From NCBI GenBank assembly GCA_021513715.1, contig CP084167.1, forward strand, positions 2,016,001 to 2,080,000: a DNA stretch of 64,000 bases, in the 5' to 3' direction. This document shows positions 28,864-38,451 of the stretch, in pieces. Below the pieces are notes generated by a model, which saw only the letters and a list, made by a program, of their open reading frames with translations, was not told the origin of the DNA and searched no databases. Source of the stretch: Candidatus Heimdallarchaeum endolithica (GTDB lineage: Archaea > Asgardarchaeota > Heimdallarchaeia > Heimdallarchaeales > Heimdallarchaeaceae). The position numbers and the translations under genes are program-made. The first letter of the stretch is position 1. Every line of letters begins with the position of its first letter.

Positions 28864-29080
28864 CTTTAACATGAGACCAAGTATAAAAAAACGAACAAGA
28901 AGTTTTATGTCGGAAAGTCTAAAAAGCTGAATTAAAAAGAAAATGTAATACCCGGATAATTATTAGAAAAATATAGGTGAAAAAGGAAGAAAAGAGAAAA
29001 GAAAATTTGTAACTAATAAAAAAATTTTTTAGCACAAAGAAAAAGAAAAACAAAAAAACAAAACATGCAGAAAAAAGGAT

Positions 29081-29157
29081 GCCTCGGTGGCTTAGCTCGG
29101 TAGAGCGTTTGACTTGTAATCAAATGGTCGGGGGTTCAAGTCCCCCTCGAGGCTCCA
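29081..29157 (+). tRNA. tRNA-Thr(TGT)
   Basis: GCCTCG/CGAGGC acceptor, TTTGA-CTTGTAA-TCAAA anticodon arm, GGGGG-TTCAAGT-CCCCC T-arm, encoded CCA. Confidence 0.95.
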
Positions 29158-29243
29158 ATTAAGTTTTTATACTTTTAAATAAACAAAAACAAATTACAAA
29201 TATAATTAAAAAAAGAAAATAAATCAAAAATAGAAAAAGTATT

Positions 29244-30182
29244 TCACACTGTAATAACCTTAACTTTATCTTGGTCTTTGATGTTTAACACATTTAGTAT
29301 TCCTTTTATGAGTTCATCTTTTGTTCTAGCTTTTTTCTTTTCAAGATATTCATATACTTGTTCAATGTATCTTTGTGCCTCTACATGAGACTCTTCTGGA
29401 TTTATGATCATGGTTATTATCACGTCACTTCTTTCGTGGCATACAAGTTTTATATTTTCGTTTGAGGTAGTCGATAATTTTTCTTCTTTAAGTGTAGCTG
29501 ATTCATATTTAAATATTTGAGCTAATAATTCTCTGATTTGTGATATTTGCTGCGATAATCCTTCAAAATCTAAGAATAATTGTACCCTTCCGAGTGTTGT
29601 ACTGATTATCAAGCCTTTTGGGTGGACTATCTTTTCTTGTCCTATTTGTTTTAGTTTATTTGTAAACCAATTTAAAGCATCATTTATTCCTTCTCCTGTT
29701 TTGTTACTGGTCTTAAATATCTGGAAACTGATCTTTGAGTAGTTACTCAGTCTTGGAAGTTCGAGCGTTTCAATGATTTCTTCTATTGACATACATTCTA
29801 AATCTGCTTTATTGGCAAAAAAGGCAACTACTATTCTGTCCTCAATTTCAATATTTTTAATAAGGTACCAGAACCACTCCTTACCTTCGGCAGTTTTTTC
29901 TTTATCAGAAGCGTCAAAGACAAAAATAATACCATAGCTATTTGATGCGTAATTCACCCAAAACTGTTTACGATAAACAAATTGTCCCCCAACATCAAAT
30001 ATCTTGAATAAGGTGTCGCCCACTTTAAAAGATTCAAAACTTACTCCTAGTGTGGGAGTAGTATCTTCCACAAAGGAGCCTGTTTTTAATCTTTCAACTA
30101 AAGTGGTTTTTCCAGCATTTTCTAACCCTAGTATAGTTACTGGTACTGATTCTTTTCCTACCTTTAGTACTTTATCATTCAC
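29244..30182 (-). CDS. Arf-family small GTPase with C-terminal longin/roadblock-like domain
   Basis: G1 GLENAGKTT, G2 PTLG, G3 DVGGQ, G4 NKAD; about 130-aa C-terminal extension with beta-beta-alpha-beta-beta-beta-alpha pattern. Confidence 0.85.
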   Translation of the reverse strand: MNDKVLKVGKESVPVTILGLENAGKTTLVERLKTGSFVEDTTPTLGVSFESFKVGDTLFKIFDVGGQFVYRKQFWVNYASNSYGIIFVFDASDKEKTAEGKEWFWYLIKNIEIEDRIVVAFFANKADLECMSIEEIIETLELPRLSNYSKISFQIFKTSNKTGEGINDALNWFTNKLKQIGQEKIVHPKGLIISTTLGRVQLFLDFEGLSQQISQIRELLAQIFKYESATLKEEKLSTTSNENIKLVCHERSDVIITMIINPEESHVEAQRYIEQVYEYLEKKKARTKDELIKGILNVLNIKDQDKVKVITV

Positions 30183-30314
30183 AATCTATCAATGATAAGT
30201 TAATGTTTATCATTTTTAATTTTAGCGGTAGTATAAACAATATTAAATTATTTTAAAAAAAAATAGAACATAACTTAAAAATATAAAAAAGAGAAAATAT
30301 TTATTTTTATTATT

Positions 30315-31367
30315 TTATATCTCAGGGAACCAGCAGCTAACGTAATGATTAGGTCTAATTTCCTCCAAAGGAGGTTGCTTCTGAGAGCAAACCTCTTTAG
30401 CTTTCCAGCATCGAGGATGAAAAGGACAACCACTTGGAGTGTTAATAGGACTTGGGGGGTCTCCTTCTAAGATTATTCTATCCATTTTTATTCTTGGATC
30501 TGGTCTTGGTATTGCAGACAATAAAGCTATTGTATAGGGGTGAGCTGTATTTCTGAACAATTCGCCCGTTGGTGCCATTTCCATTATTTTTCCTAGATAC
30601 ATTACTGCTACCCTGTCCGACACATGTTTAATTACGCTTAAATCATGTGCTATGAACATATATGTTAATTTGAAATCTATTTGTAAGTCATGTAGTAGAT
30701 TTAATATTTGAGCTTGAACTGATACATCTAATGCAGATACTGGTTCATCTAACAGGATAACTTCTGGATTCATGGCTAAAGCGCGAGCTATTCCTATTCT
30801 TTGCCTTTGTCCGCCAGAGAACTCATGAGGATATCTTAATGCATGATAATCTTCAAGACCAACTTTACTTAGAATTTCTAGTACTCTTGCCTCCTTTTCT
30901 TCATAAGGCATATCGGCGAAATGTATGTCAAATGGTTCTTTTATAATATCTAAAACCATTCTTCTTGGGTTTAAGCTTGCATATGGGTCTTGGAAAACCA
31001 TTTGTATCTGTCTTTTTATTGCTAGTTCTTCAACTCTTGTCATAGGTTGAAACATATCTATTCCTTTAAAATAGACAGACCCCTCTGTTGGTTCTTCTAA
31101 TTTAATAATTGTTTTTGACGTTGTACTCTTTCCACACCCACTTTCTCCTACTAACCCAAGTGTTTCACCTTTATGCAAAAAGAGATTTACTCCATCTACT
31201 GCTTTAATGAAATTTACTGTTTTTGAATAGAGTAGTGATTGCTCAGCTACAGGGAACCATTTCTTAAGATTTTTTGTTTCAAGAATAGGAAATTTATCAG
31301 GGTCCCATGCTGAAAATAGGTCTGTATCTAGTACTTCATATTCTTCAAATGATCTCATGCTTGCCAC
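30315..31367 (-). CDS. oppF: Oligopeptide ABC transporter ATP-binding protein
   Basis: GESGCGKST, FSGGQRQR, DEPVSALD, oligo_HPY C-terminus GCPFHPRC. Confidence 0.92.
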   Translation of the reverse strand: MASMRSFEEYEVLDTDLFSAWDPDKFPILETKNLKKWFPVAEQSLLYSKTVNFIKAVDGVNLFLHKGETLGLVGESGCGKSTTSKTIIKLEEPTEGSVYFKGIDMFQPMTRVEELAIKRQIQMVFQDPYASLNPRRMVLDIIKEPFDIHFADMPYEEKEARVLEILSKVGLEDYHALRYPHEFSGGQRQRIGIARALAMNPEVILLDEPVSALDVSVQAQILNLLHDLQIDFKLTYMFIAHDLSVIKHVSDRVAVMYLGKIMEMAPTGELFRNTAHPYTIALLSAIPRPDPRIKMDRIILEGDPPSPINTPSGCPFHPRCWKAKEVCSQKQPPLEEIRPNHYVSCWFPEI

Positions 31368-31369
31368 TT

Positions 31370-32428
31370 TTATACACCTTCCACAGAAACAGTTGATCTT
31401 CTCACTTCTTTCACTTTCTCTTTATCGATTGTTAAATCCAATTCTTCCCAATGATGGCATTGTACACGTCTTGTTTCTGTCACCCACACATCAGGAGGAC
31501 GAGCCATTCTGCATATTTCTGTTGCATATTTGCATCTTGGATGAAATCTACAACCTTGTGGTGGGTTGATAAGCTGAGGTACTGTCCCGGGTATTGTTTC
31601 CAATCTTGTCTTATCTTGTTCTAGTGATGGGATACTATCGAACAATGCTCTTGTATATGGATGAAAAGGATTAACGAATATTTCCTCTGTTGGCCCTGAT
31701 TCCACTACTCGTCCACCATAGAATATATGCACTCTTTTTGTTATTTCAGCCACTACACCTAAATTATGAGTGATTAACATCAAAGCTAAACCAAATTGTT
31801 TTTGCATTTCTTTAATTATTTCCAGAACTTGAGCTTGAATGGTTACATCTAATGCGGTTGTAGGCTCATCAGCAATCAACAAACTTGGTTGTAATGCCAA
31901 TGCTCTAGCGATTAGAATTCTTTGTCTCATTCCGCCACTAAATTGATGAGGATAATTGTCAATTCTTTCTGCTGAATCAGGGATGCCCACGGCTTCCATC
32001 ATTTCTATAGCTATATCTCTTGCTTCGTTTTTGTTTACCTTTCTATGTAACTGTATAACTTCGACCATCTGGTCACTTATTTTAAAAATGGGATTAAGGC
32101 TTGTCATTGGATCTTGAAATATCATAGCAGCCTCTTTTCCTCTAACATGTCGCATCTGTTCATCTGTTAAGTCTAAAAGATTAACTCCTTTATAGTATAT
32201 TTCACTTGGAGGTTGTAGTATACGTCCATTTTTAGGTAAAATTCTCAGCACACTATGACTTGTTACTGTTTTTCCGCACCCGCTTTCACCTACAATTCCA
32301 ACAGGTTCTCCGTAACCTACATCAAAGTTAACACCATCAAGTGCCTCAACTACACCACTCTCTGTATAAAAGCGAGTGTAAAGATTTTTCACATCTAGTA
32401 TAGGTTCTATTTTTCTCATTATTCTCAT
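31370..32428 (-). CDS. oppD: Oligopeptide ABC transporter ATP-binding protein
   Basis: GESGCGKT, FSGGMRQR, ADEPTTALD, GCRFHPRC. Confidence 0.92.
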   Translation of the reverse strand: MRIMRKIEPILDVKNLYTRFYTESGVVEALDGVNFDVGYGEPVGIVGESGCGKTVTSHSVLRILPKNGRILQPPSEIYYKGVNLLDLTDEQMRHVRGKEAAMIFQDPMTSLNPIFKISDQMVEVIQLHRKVNKNEARDIAIEMMEAVGIPDSAERIDNYPHQFSGGMRQRILIARALALQPSLLIADEPTTALDVTIQAQVLEIIKEMQKQFGLALMLITHNLGVVAEITKRVHIFYGGRVVESGPTEEIFVNPFHPYTRALFDSIPSLEQDKTRLETIPGTVPQLINPPQGCRFHPRCKYATEICRMARPPDVWVTETRRVQCHHWEELDLTIDKEKVKEVRRSTVSVEGV

Positions 32429-33660
32429 TACTCCTTTAGTCTTGGATCCATTGCATCCCTTAAAGCATCACCCAACAAGTTGAAAGCCAATACAACGAAA
32501 AATATTGAAAAACCAGGGATGAATGCGAGCTCAGGATTGGATCTGAAAACAGTTTGGGCTTCATTCACCATTTGCCCCCAAGAGATAGTTGTTGGACTAC
32601 CCAAACCCAAGAAAGTCAATCCAGCTTCTGATAATATTCCTCCTGCAACAGACAACGTTGCTATAACAATTATAGGAGCTAAAATATTAGGTAAAATATG
32701 AAGCAAAATGATACGGCGATTACTAGCCCCTAGCACTCTTGCAGCATTGACATAATCTAACCTGTAGATCTGTTTTGTATTTGCCGTTACCAACCTACAC
32801 AGTCCTCCCCAACCAAATATTCCCAGCACAATAATAATAACCATTGATTGAGGAATTTGTTTCAAGAAAGCTATTCGTCCTCTTCTAATAAATGCTACAG
32901 CTAGGATAGCAATAACTAAGAAAGGTAGAGATAGGAACATATCTGTGATTCTCATAATAATTTCTTCTGACCAACCGCGATAATATCCTGCGATAGCACC
33001 TAATGATACACCAATAAAGACAGAAAGAACAGTAGAAAATACACCAACTGTTAGAGAAACCTCAGAACCAGCAAGAACTCTTGAGAACTCATCTCTACCG
33101 AGAATGTCTGTACCAGCAGGGTACTTCAAATTAGGTCGAGCAATTGAACCACCGCCATTCCAGGCATCAAATAAAGGAACTTGCTGTACAGGGTTAAAGG
33201 GTAAAAGAATAGGATAGATAATAGCAATTAAAGTTACAATTGCGACTACACTCCCAGATAATAGAGAAACTTTGTTTTTCTTATATCTTCTCCAGATAAG
33301 ACTCCAGTTAGAAGGACTACGTTCCCGCAACGTTCCATCTTTAGCAATAATAAGTTCTTTTTGCATAGCAGTTTGTTTATAAAGTCTAATGGAAAATCTA
33401 ACTGCACCCCAGATTCCTGCAACAATTAAAGACCAGAAAAGAATCCAAATGAAAGTATAATCCCAAGTCACAAATAAAAAGATAAGAAGAAAAACAAAGA
33501 TAGCCAAACTTTCAACAACTATATCGATGCTATAGTGTTTCCAAGCGATAGCTATTTTTGCTACCCAAGACATTGATGGAGGAAGACGATGCTCTTCCAT
33601 ATACGTTTTAACATTATTTTCAAATACAGTTTTTCTTTTTTCACGAGCAACACGTAACAT
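32428..33660 (-). CDS. oppC: Oligopeptide ABC transporter permease with N-terminal extension
   Basis: GTDILGRD, EAA loop YVNAARVLGAS, HILPN, LGDALRDAMDP. Confidence 0.9.
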   Translation of the reverse strand: MLRVAREKRKTVFENNVKTYMEEHRLPPSMSWVAKIAIAWKHYSIDIVVESLAIFVFLLIFLFVTWDYTFIWILFWSLIVAGIWGAVRFSIRLYKQTAMQKELIIAKDGTLRERSPSNWSLIWRRYKKNKVSLLSGSVVAIVTLIAIIYPILLPFNPVQQVPLFDAWNGGGSIARPNLKYPAGTDILGRDEFSRVLAGSEVSLTVGVFSTVLSVFIGVSLGAIAGYYRGWSEEIIMRITDMFLSLPFLVIAILAVAFIRRGRIAFLKQIPQSMVIIIVLGIFGWGGLCRLVTANTKQIYRLDYVNAARVLGASNRRIILLHILPNILAPIIVIATLSVAGGILSEAGLTFLGLGSPTTISWGQMVNEAQTVFRSNPELAFIPGFSIFFVVLAFNLLGDALRDAMDPRLKE

Positions 33661-33670
33661 TTTTTTTCAC

Positions 33671-35392
33671 CTACAATTCAATTCTCGGGTCAACAGCAAC
33701 GTAAAAGATATCCGTTACTAAATTACCTAAAAGGATCAAAATAGTAAGAATAGCAGTTGTACCCAAAATCATTGGAAAGTCTAATAATCCAACAGCAACA
33801 ACATACCTATAACCCAAACCTGGCCAAGTGAAAAGCGTTTCTGTAATGGGAGCACCAGCTAAAGCTGAAGCTAAAAACAGACCCACATAGGTAACTACAG
33901 GAATAAGAACATTTCTCCAAGCATGTTTCCAAGTAATAACTCGTTCAGAAAGGCCATTAGCTCGAGCAGCTAAAATATAATCTTGACGAAGGACTTCCAA
34001 CATGGTTGTTCTAACTAAACGAGTATAAGTAGCGAGAGAAGCAAATGTCAAAGCGGTAGTGGGGAGAATCATGTGAATTATCGAATCACCCGTACGCGTC
34101 ATCAACGAGCTCCACCATGTTCCCCAATCACCAGCACGAAGTGCCGACCAATCAACCATTGGAGTTGGAATAGAATGTGCTTTTGCAGCAGGTAACCAAC
34201 CCAAGCCATATCCACTGAAGATGTAAATAAGCATTAAACCAAAAACGAAGATAGGCATAGATAGACCAAGAAGGGCAATAGTACTAGCAGTAGAATCAAT
34301 CCAAGTATTCTGGTTTTTAGCAGCCACTACACCTAGGGGAATAGCTATAAGTAAAGCTAAAACGAAAGAAGCAAGTTGAAGTTTTAATGTCTCCCAAACA
34401 AGTTCGCCAATCATAGTATTAATAGAACGACCACCACGATAACTTTCACCCATATTACCATGAAGGAAGTTATAAAACCAAATAACAAAACGAGCATAAA
34501 CAGGTTGATCCAACCCAAGAGAACGAGTAAGATTAATCTTGTCTTCCTCAGTAACGTTGATTTTACCTAAAAGTAAGAGAGCAACAGGGTCACCCAAACC
34601 AGAAACCATTACAAAAGTCATAACCATAATAGCAATAAACAAAGGAATAAGTGTAAGAAGACGGCGAAGAATATAGATAGTCAACCTCATTGTAGCAAGT
34701 TGTTTAATAAAAGATACAGGTTTAGAGTTAGAGAATTTTCTGCTAAAAGTGCCCTCAACAGGTTTGGTCCAATCAACAGGTAAGAACAAACCCGTTAAAG
34801 CAAGAAGAACGCCAATAATATAAACATAAAACATGAAAGTCATTTGGCCACGTAATGTAATTAAGAAATAAGATGGATTACTATCATTGGGATTGAAAGT
34901 TACAGCAGCTGAAGGAGTAGCTGTCTGCCCAGATAAAAGAGTTTTATATTCATTAGCAGTGAAGTTCAAAGTTCGGTTGATAGCGATTATAAGAACAATC
35001 AAAGAAACTAAAAGAAATAACGCAGCCATGATATCAGCCATATTACCTCTCTTTTTTACGCCTCCAGATTGAAATACTTGGCCTAAAGCGGCAGCAAGAA
35101 CACTGAAAAATAACAAAAACCATAGTGAAGCAGAAAGTATGACTATATTACTCGGAATCTGTAACTCAGTATACACCTTAGTAACGTTGTTGTTGTAATC
35201 ATAGCCAATAGTATTATACTCAACTCTTGAACCAAATATACGAATTAAAAGAGAATCCTGTGTATACTTGTCATGCTCACTCAGAGGAGTAGCATCATAA
35301 TAAATTTTATAGATAGGCACAAAGGCCGTGGTGAATATTAAGACAAAACCTAATACTTTCAATCCAATTGCAATTGCTTTCAAGTTGATCAA
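33671..35392 (-). CDS. oppB: Oligopeptide ABC transporter permease with extra N-terminal 4-TM domain
   Basis: YILRRLL, GLDQP, QDYILAARANGL, ETLFTWPGLG, VDPRI; about 235-aa extra N-terminal region. Confidence 0.9.
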   Translation of the reverse strand: MINLKAIAIGLKVLGFVLIFTTAFVPIYKIYYDATPLSEHDKYTQDSLLIRIFGSRVEYNTIGYDYNNNVTKVYTELQIPSNIVILSASLWFLLFFSVLAAALGQVFQSGGVKKRGNMADIMAALFLLVSLIVLIIAINRTLNFTANEYKTLLSGQTATPSAAVTFNPNDSNPSYFLITLRGQMTFMFYVYIIGVLLALTGLFLPVDWTKPVEGTFSRKFSNSKPVSFIKQLATMRLTIYILRRLLTLIPLFIAIMVMTFVMVSGLGDPVALLLLGKINVTEEDKINLTRSLGLDQPVYARFVIWFYNFLHGNMGESYRGGRSINTMIGELVWETLKLQLASFVLALLIAIPLGVVAAKNQNTWIDSTASTIALLGLSMPIFVFGLMLIYIFSGYGLGWLPAAKAHSIPTPMVDWSALRAGDWGTWWSSLMTRTGDSIIHMILPTTALTFASLATYTRLVRTTMLEVLRQDYILAARANGLSERVITWKHAWRNVLIPVVTYVGLFLASALAGAPITETLFTWPGLGYRYVVAVGLLDFPMILGTTAILTILILLGNLVTDIFYVAVDPRIEL

Positions 35393-35621
35393 CTCTGACT
35401 AATTTTAATTATACCTTAAAGAATAATATTCTTTTCTTTAACTCACCAATTGTTGATATTTTTATAAGTTTTTTCTAAAGAAATCAAATGATAAGTTAAG
35501 ACAAAAAACTAAACAAAAGAAGACAATAATTAAAAAAAATAAAAAAAGAAGAAACAGAGAGGAAAAAAGTCAAAAATAAACTTTTTTGCTGTTTAAATAA
35601 GATAATAGAGTTAACAACGCT

Positions 35622-36494
35622 ATGAAGAAATTGAAGAACAAAAATTCGGAAAAATTGAGAGAAAAGGTAGTAATAATAACGGGAGCATCTTCAGGAATAG
35701 GGGAACAAGTAGCAAAAGAACTAATAAAATACAAAGCGAAAGTAGTACTATTTGCAAGAACAGAAGAAAAACTAAATAAAGTAGAACAAATACTACAAAG
35801 AAAAAAAATTGACACATTAAGGATAGTAGGAGATATAAAGAAAAACGAAGATATAAAGAGAATAGTAGATGAAACATTAAAGAAATACGGAAAGATAGAC
35901 GTATTACTAAACAATGCAGGATATGGAAAGAATATTGATTTCTTAGAGCAAAGTGATGAAGACATAGAAGAAATGATAGAAACAAACGTGACAGGATTAA
36001 TAAAATTAACAAAAAAAGTAGCAAAAATAATGAAAAAACAAGGAGAAGGGCATATCATAAACATGTCATCTGCAATTGCAGCAGTGCCAACCTATAGGTT
36101 CACAACTTACTGCATAACAAAAGGAGCAGTAAAAATATTAAGCGAAAGTATAAGAAACGAACTAAAAAAAAGTGGAATAAAAGTAAGCACAATTTATCCT
36201 GCACTCCACGATACACCATTCTGTGAAAAAGCTAATATAAACACAAAAACATTCAAAACATACAAAAAAGAGGATCTAGCAAAAGAAATAGTAAAAATAA
36301 TGATAAACAAGAAAAAAGAGTTATATTACCCAAAAATGTATGGAATACTAGCGAAATTAACAGAACACAGCACACAAATAAAAACAGAACTTAGTAAATT
36401 TTTTTCTCGTAAACTAGAAGAAAGTAGATTAATTGAAAAAAGCGAAATAAAAGGAACAAGAAGGCAAACAAATACTAGTAAAACAGTTAATTAA
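35622..36494 (+). CDS. Short-chain dehydrogenase/reductase
   Basis: TGASSGIG, NNAG, YCITK (YxxxK). Confidence 0.92.
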   Translation: MKKLKNKNSEKLREKVVIITGASSGIGEQVAKELIKYKAKVVLFARTEEKLNKVEQILQRKKIDTLRIVGDIKKNEDIKRIVDETLKKYGKIDVLLNNAGYGKNIDFLEQSDEDIEEMIETNVTGLIKLTKKVAKIMKKQGEGHIINMSSAIAAVPTYRFTTYCITKGAVKILSESIRNELKKSGIKVSTIYPALHDTPFCEKANINTKTFKTYKKEDLAKEIVKIMINKKKELYYPKMYGILAKLTEHSTQIKTELSKFFSRKLEESRLIEKSEIKGTRRQTNTSKTVN

Positions 36495-36683
36495 TGATAT
36501 TTAAAGGAAGAAGAAGAATTAATTTACTACCCCATCTTTAACCTTTTGGTTTATTGAATAAATGATTCTTTTTTGCAATTTAATCAAAAAAAAATAGAAT
36601 AAAACCAAGAATTAGAAGCATTATAACTGTTGATTTTAAAAGTTCTTAATAAATAAGGGGACAGTTTGTATACAGTGATAAAA

Positions 36684-36809
36684 ATGGCAGAAAGAAAAAT
36701 AGGAAGAACAGAAAAATACTGGAAACAAAGACCAGTACAAAAAAGAACGAGACGTGAAGAATTAACTCAAACTTCAATGTATCTCACACAAAGAAGGTGT
36801 ATTAAATAA
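36684..36809 (+). CDS. Small basic hypothetical protein (41 aa, MAERKIGRTEKYWKQRPVQKRTRREELTQTSMYLTQRRCIK)
   Basis: ATG preceded by an AGTGA RBS-like motif, followed by a T-tract; too short for the ORF track. Confidence 0.4.
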   Translation: MAERKIGRTEKYWKQRPVQKRTRREELTQTSMYLTQRRCIK

Positions 36810-36909
36810 AAGGACTATACACCATTTTAATCTATTTTTTTAAACTTTGAATTCCATTAAAAATAAAAAAGTATAATTGTTAATAAAACTAAAGAATATA
36901 AAATAAGCA

Positions 36910-37111
36910 CGTAAAGTGAAGAAAGAAAAGCTTTCTTTTCTTATTTATGATTCCCACGATTCGTGAATGATGTCTGTCTCAACCCCTTCATAACAGTGTA
37001 TGTTTGGATTGAGTTCAAGAGATTAAACTTCCTTTAGTTTTTTCTCTTGCAAGACAGAGTGCGAAAAACTTTACGTAAAAAAGCAAATCATGTTAAGTTA
37101 AAGCCTATAAC
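36910..37111 (+). ncRNA. Orphan omega-RNA-like cassette (scaffold 36916-37091, putative guide 37092-37111)
   Basis: About 85-90% identical by eye to the reverse complement of 15511-15691; no tnpB ORF attached; TATA-like TATAAAA at about 36897. Confidence 0.72.
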
Positions 37112-37271
37112 AGCATTTATCTTAAAGAGATTCTGCAGGCAGTGTTAAAATGTTCAAATGATTTGAATAATCAATCAACTAACTAAATCGTAGTTGAAGA
37201 AAAATAACTCAACAAAAAATATTTATACTGAAGAAAAAAAAAAGCAACAGAACTTAATAAGAATAAAAAGT

Positions 37272-37349
37272 GGGGTAGTGATCTAGCCCGGCTATGATAC
37301 CTCCTTGACGTGGAGGATGTCACAGGTTCAAATCCTGTCTACCCCACCA
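37272..37349 (+). tRNA. tRNA-Val(GAC)
   Basis: GGGGTAG/CTACCCC acceptor, CCTCC-TTGACGT-GGAGG anticodon arm, ACAGG-TTCAAAT-CCTGT T-arm, encoded CCA. Confidence 0.95.
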
Positions 37350-37468
37350 CAGCATTTTTTAAAGTTCCAAGCCGTCTTGTTGGTGTTTACTATTTACGAC
37401 TGATTTGTCTTAATGACTAACTTAATAAAAAAGTAATTTTTTAAAAATCTAAAAAAGGATGAATAACT

Positions 37469-38317
37469 TTGATTAAGTCCAAAGTAGTTATTGTTTTTCC
37501 TAAGAGAGATCAAGCTGCATCATCAATGTGGGATGTAATTAAAGAATCTTCTCTTTTCAAGAGATTAGATTATGAACAAGAGATTTATGCTTATACCAGG
37601 TTTTCTAATGATATTAAAGCTATTCATGTCGATAACGATGGTGTAAATATTTCTAATTTGGAGGAAATAATTAATACTGATTTGTTTATTTTTGCTAGTA
37701 GACATAGTGCTGAATCTGGTTTTCCTGCTTTACTTATTCACACTCCTGGTAATTGGGGTGAAGCTAGACTAGGAGGCAATAGTTACGAGCTTGCTTATTC
37801 TTCTGCTTTAGCCATCAAGATAGGATTAAAGAACTTGAGATTTTTCAAAGACGATTTAAAACTTGAAGAATACAGAGTTGGGATTGAAGTCACCCACCAT
37901 GGTCCTACTAATATGAGTACTCCCTTATGTTTTATGGAATTAGGAAGTAGTGAAAAATATTGGACAGATAAGCGAGGAGCTGAGGGAGTTGCAAAAGCTA
38001 TAATCAAGACTGCAGAGGAGTATTTAAAGGCAAAAAGCAGAGAAAATGGAGAATCTGTTTATGTTGGTTTTGGTGGAAATCACTATGCTTACCGTTTTGA
38101 AAAAAAGTTATATAGTGAAGAAAGCATTCTGATTGGCCACATTGCGCCCAAATATGTATTGGATCATATTAATTATGAGATAGTTAAGCAAGCTTTTGAA
38201 AAGACTATTGAGAACCCTTTCGCTGCCATGGTAGACAAGAAAGGAACAAGATCTGAACATAGGAAGAAGATTAGAGAATTCATTGATAAACTGGGTAAAG
38301 AGTATTTAGAGGTATAA
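37469..38317 (+). CDS. dtdA: D-aminoacyl-tRNA deacylase (archaeal DTD2/GEK1)
   Basis: FASRH, HTPGN, EVTHHGP, FMELGS, GFGGNHY, GHIAPKY. Confidence 0.9.
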   Translation: MIKSKVVIVFPKRDQAASSMWDVIKESSLFKRLDYEQEIYAYTRFSNDIKAIHVDNDGVNISNLEEIINTDLFIFASRHSAESGFPALLIHTPGNWGEARLGGNSYELAYSSALAIKIGLKNLRFFKDDLKLEEYRVGIEVTHHGPTNMSTPLCFMELGSSEKYWTDKRGAEGVAKAIIKTAEEYLKAKSRENGESVYVGFGGNHYAYRFEKKLYSEESILIGHIAPKYVLDHINYEIVKQAFEKTIENPFAAMVDKKGTRSEHRKKIREFIDKLGKEYLEV

Positions 38318-38451
38318 AATTGTTTTTGTGTAATATATTACTTCACTCTTCTTCGTTTTTTCTTATTTTTTTATTTATAGTGTTTTTCACTTAGTGTTTT
38401 TTTGCGCACAGTCACATAAAATTTAATAGGTACAATCATTTTTTTTTCTTT

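Noticed and set aside
28861-28870. Partial match to the orphan omega-RNA guide (GTTAAAGCC)
   Set aside because: Only 9 nt and does not cover the guide 5' end; expected by chance. No convincing in-window target was found by eye
35570-36064. Antisense ORFs 35570..36064 and 35620..36024
   Set aside because: Shadows of the A-rich SDR gene; low-complexity Phe/Leu/Ser sequence caused by strand skew
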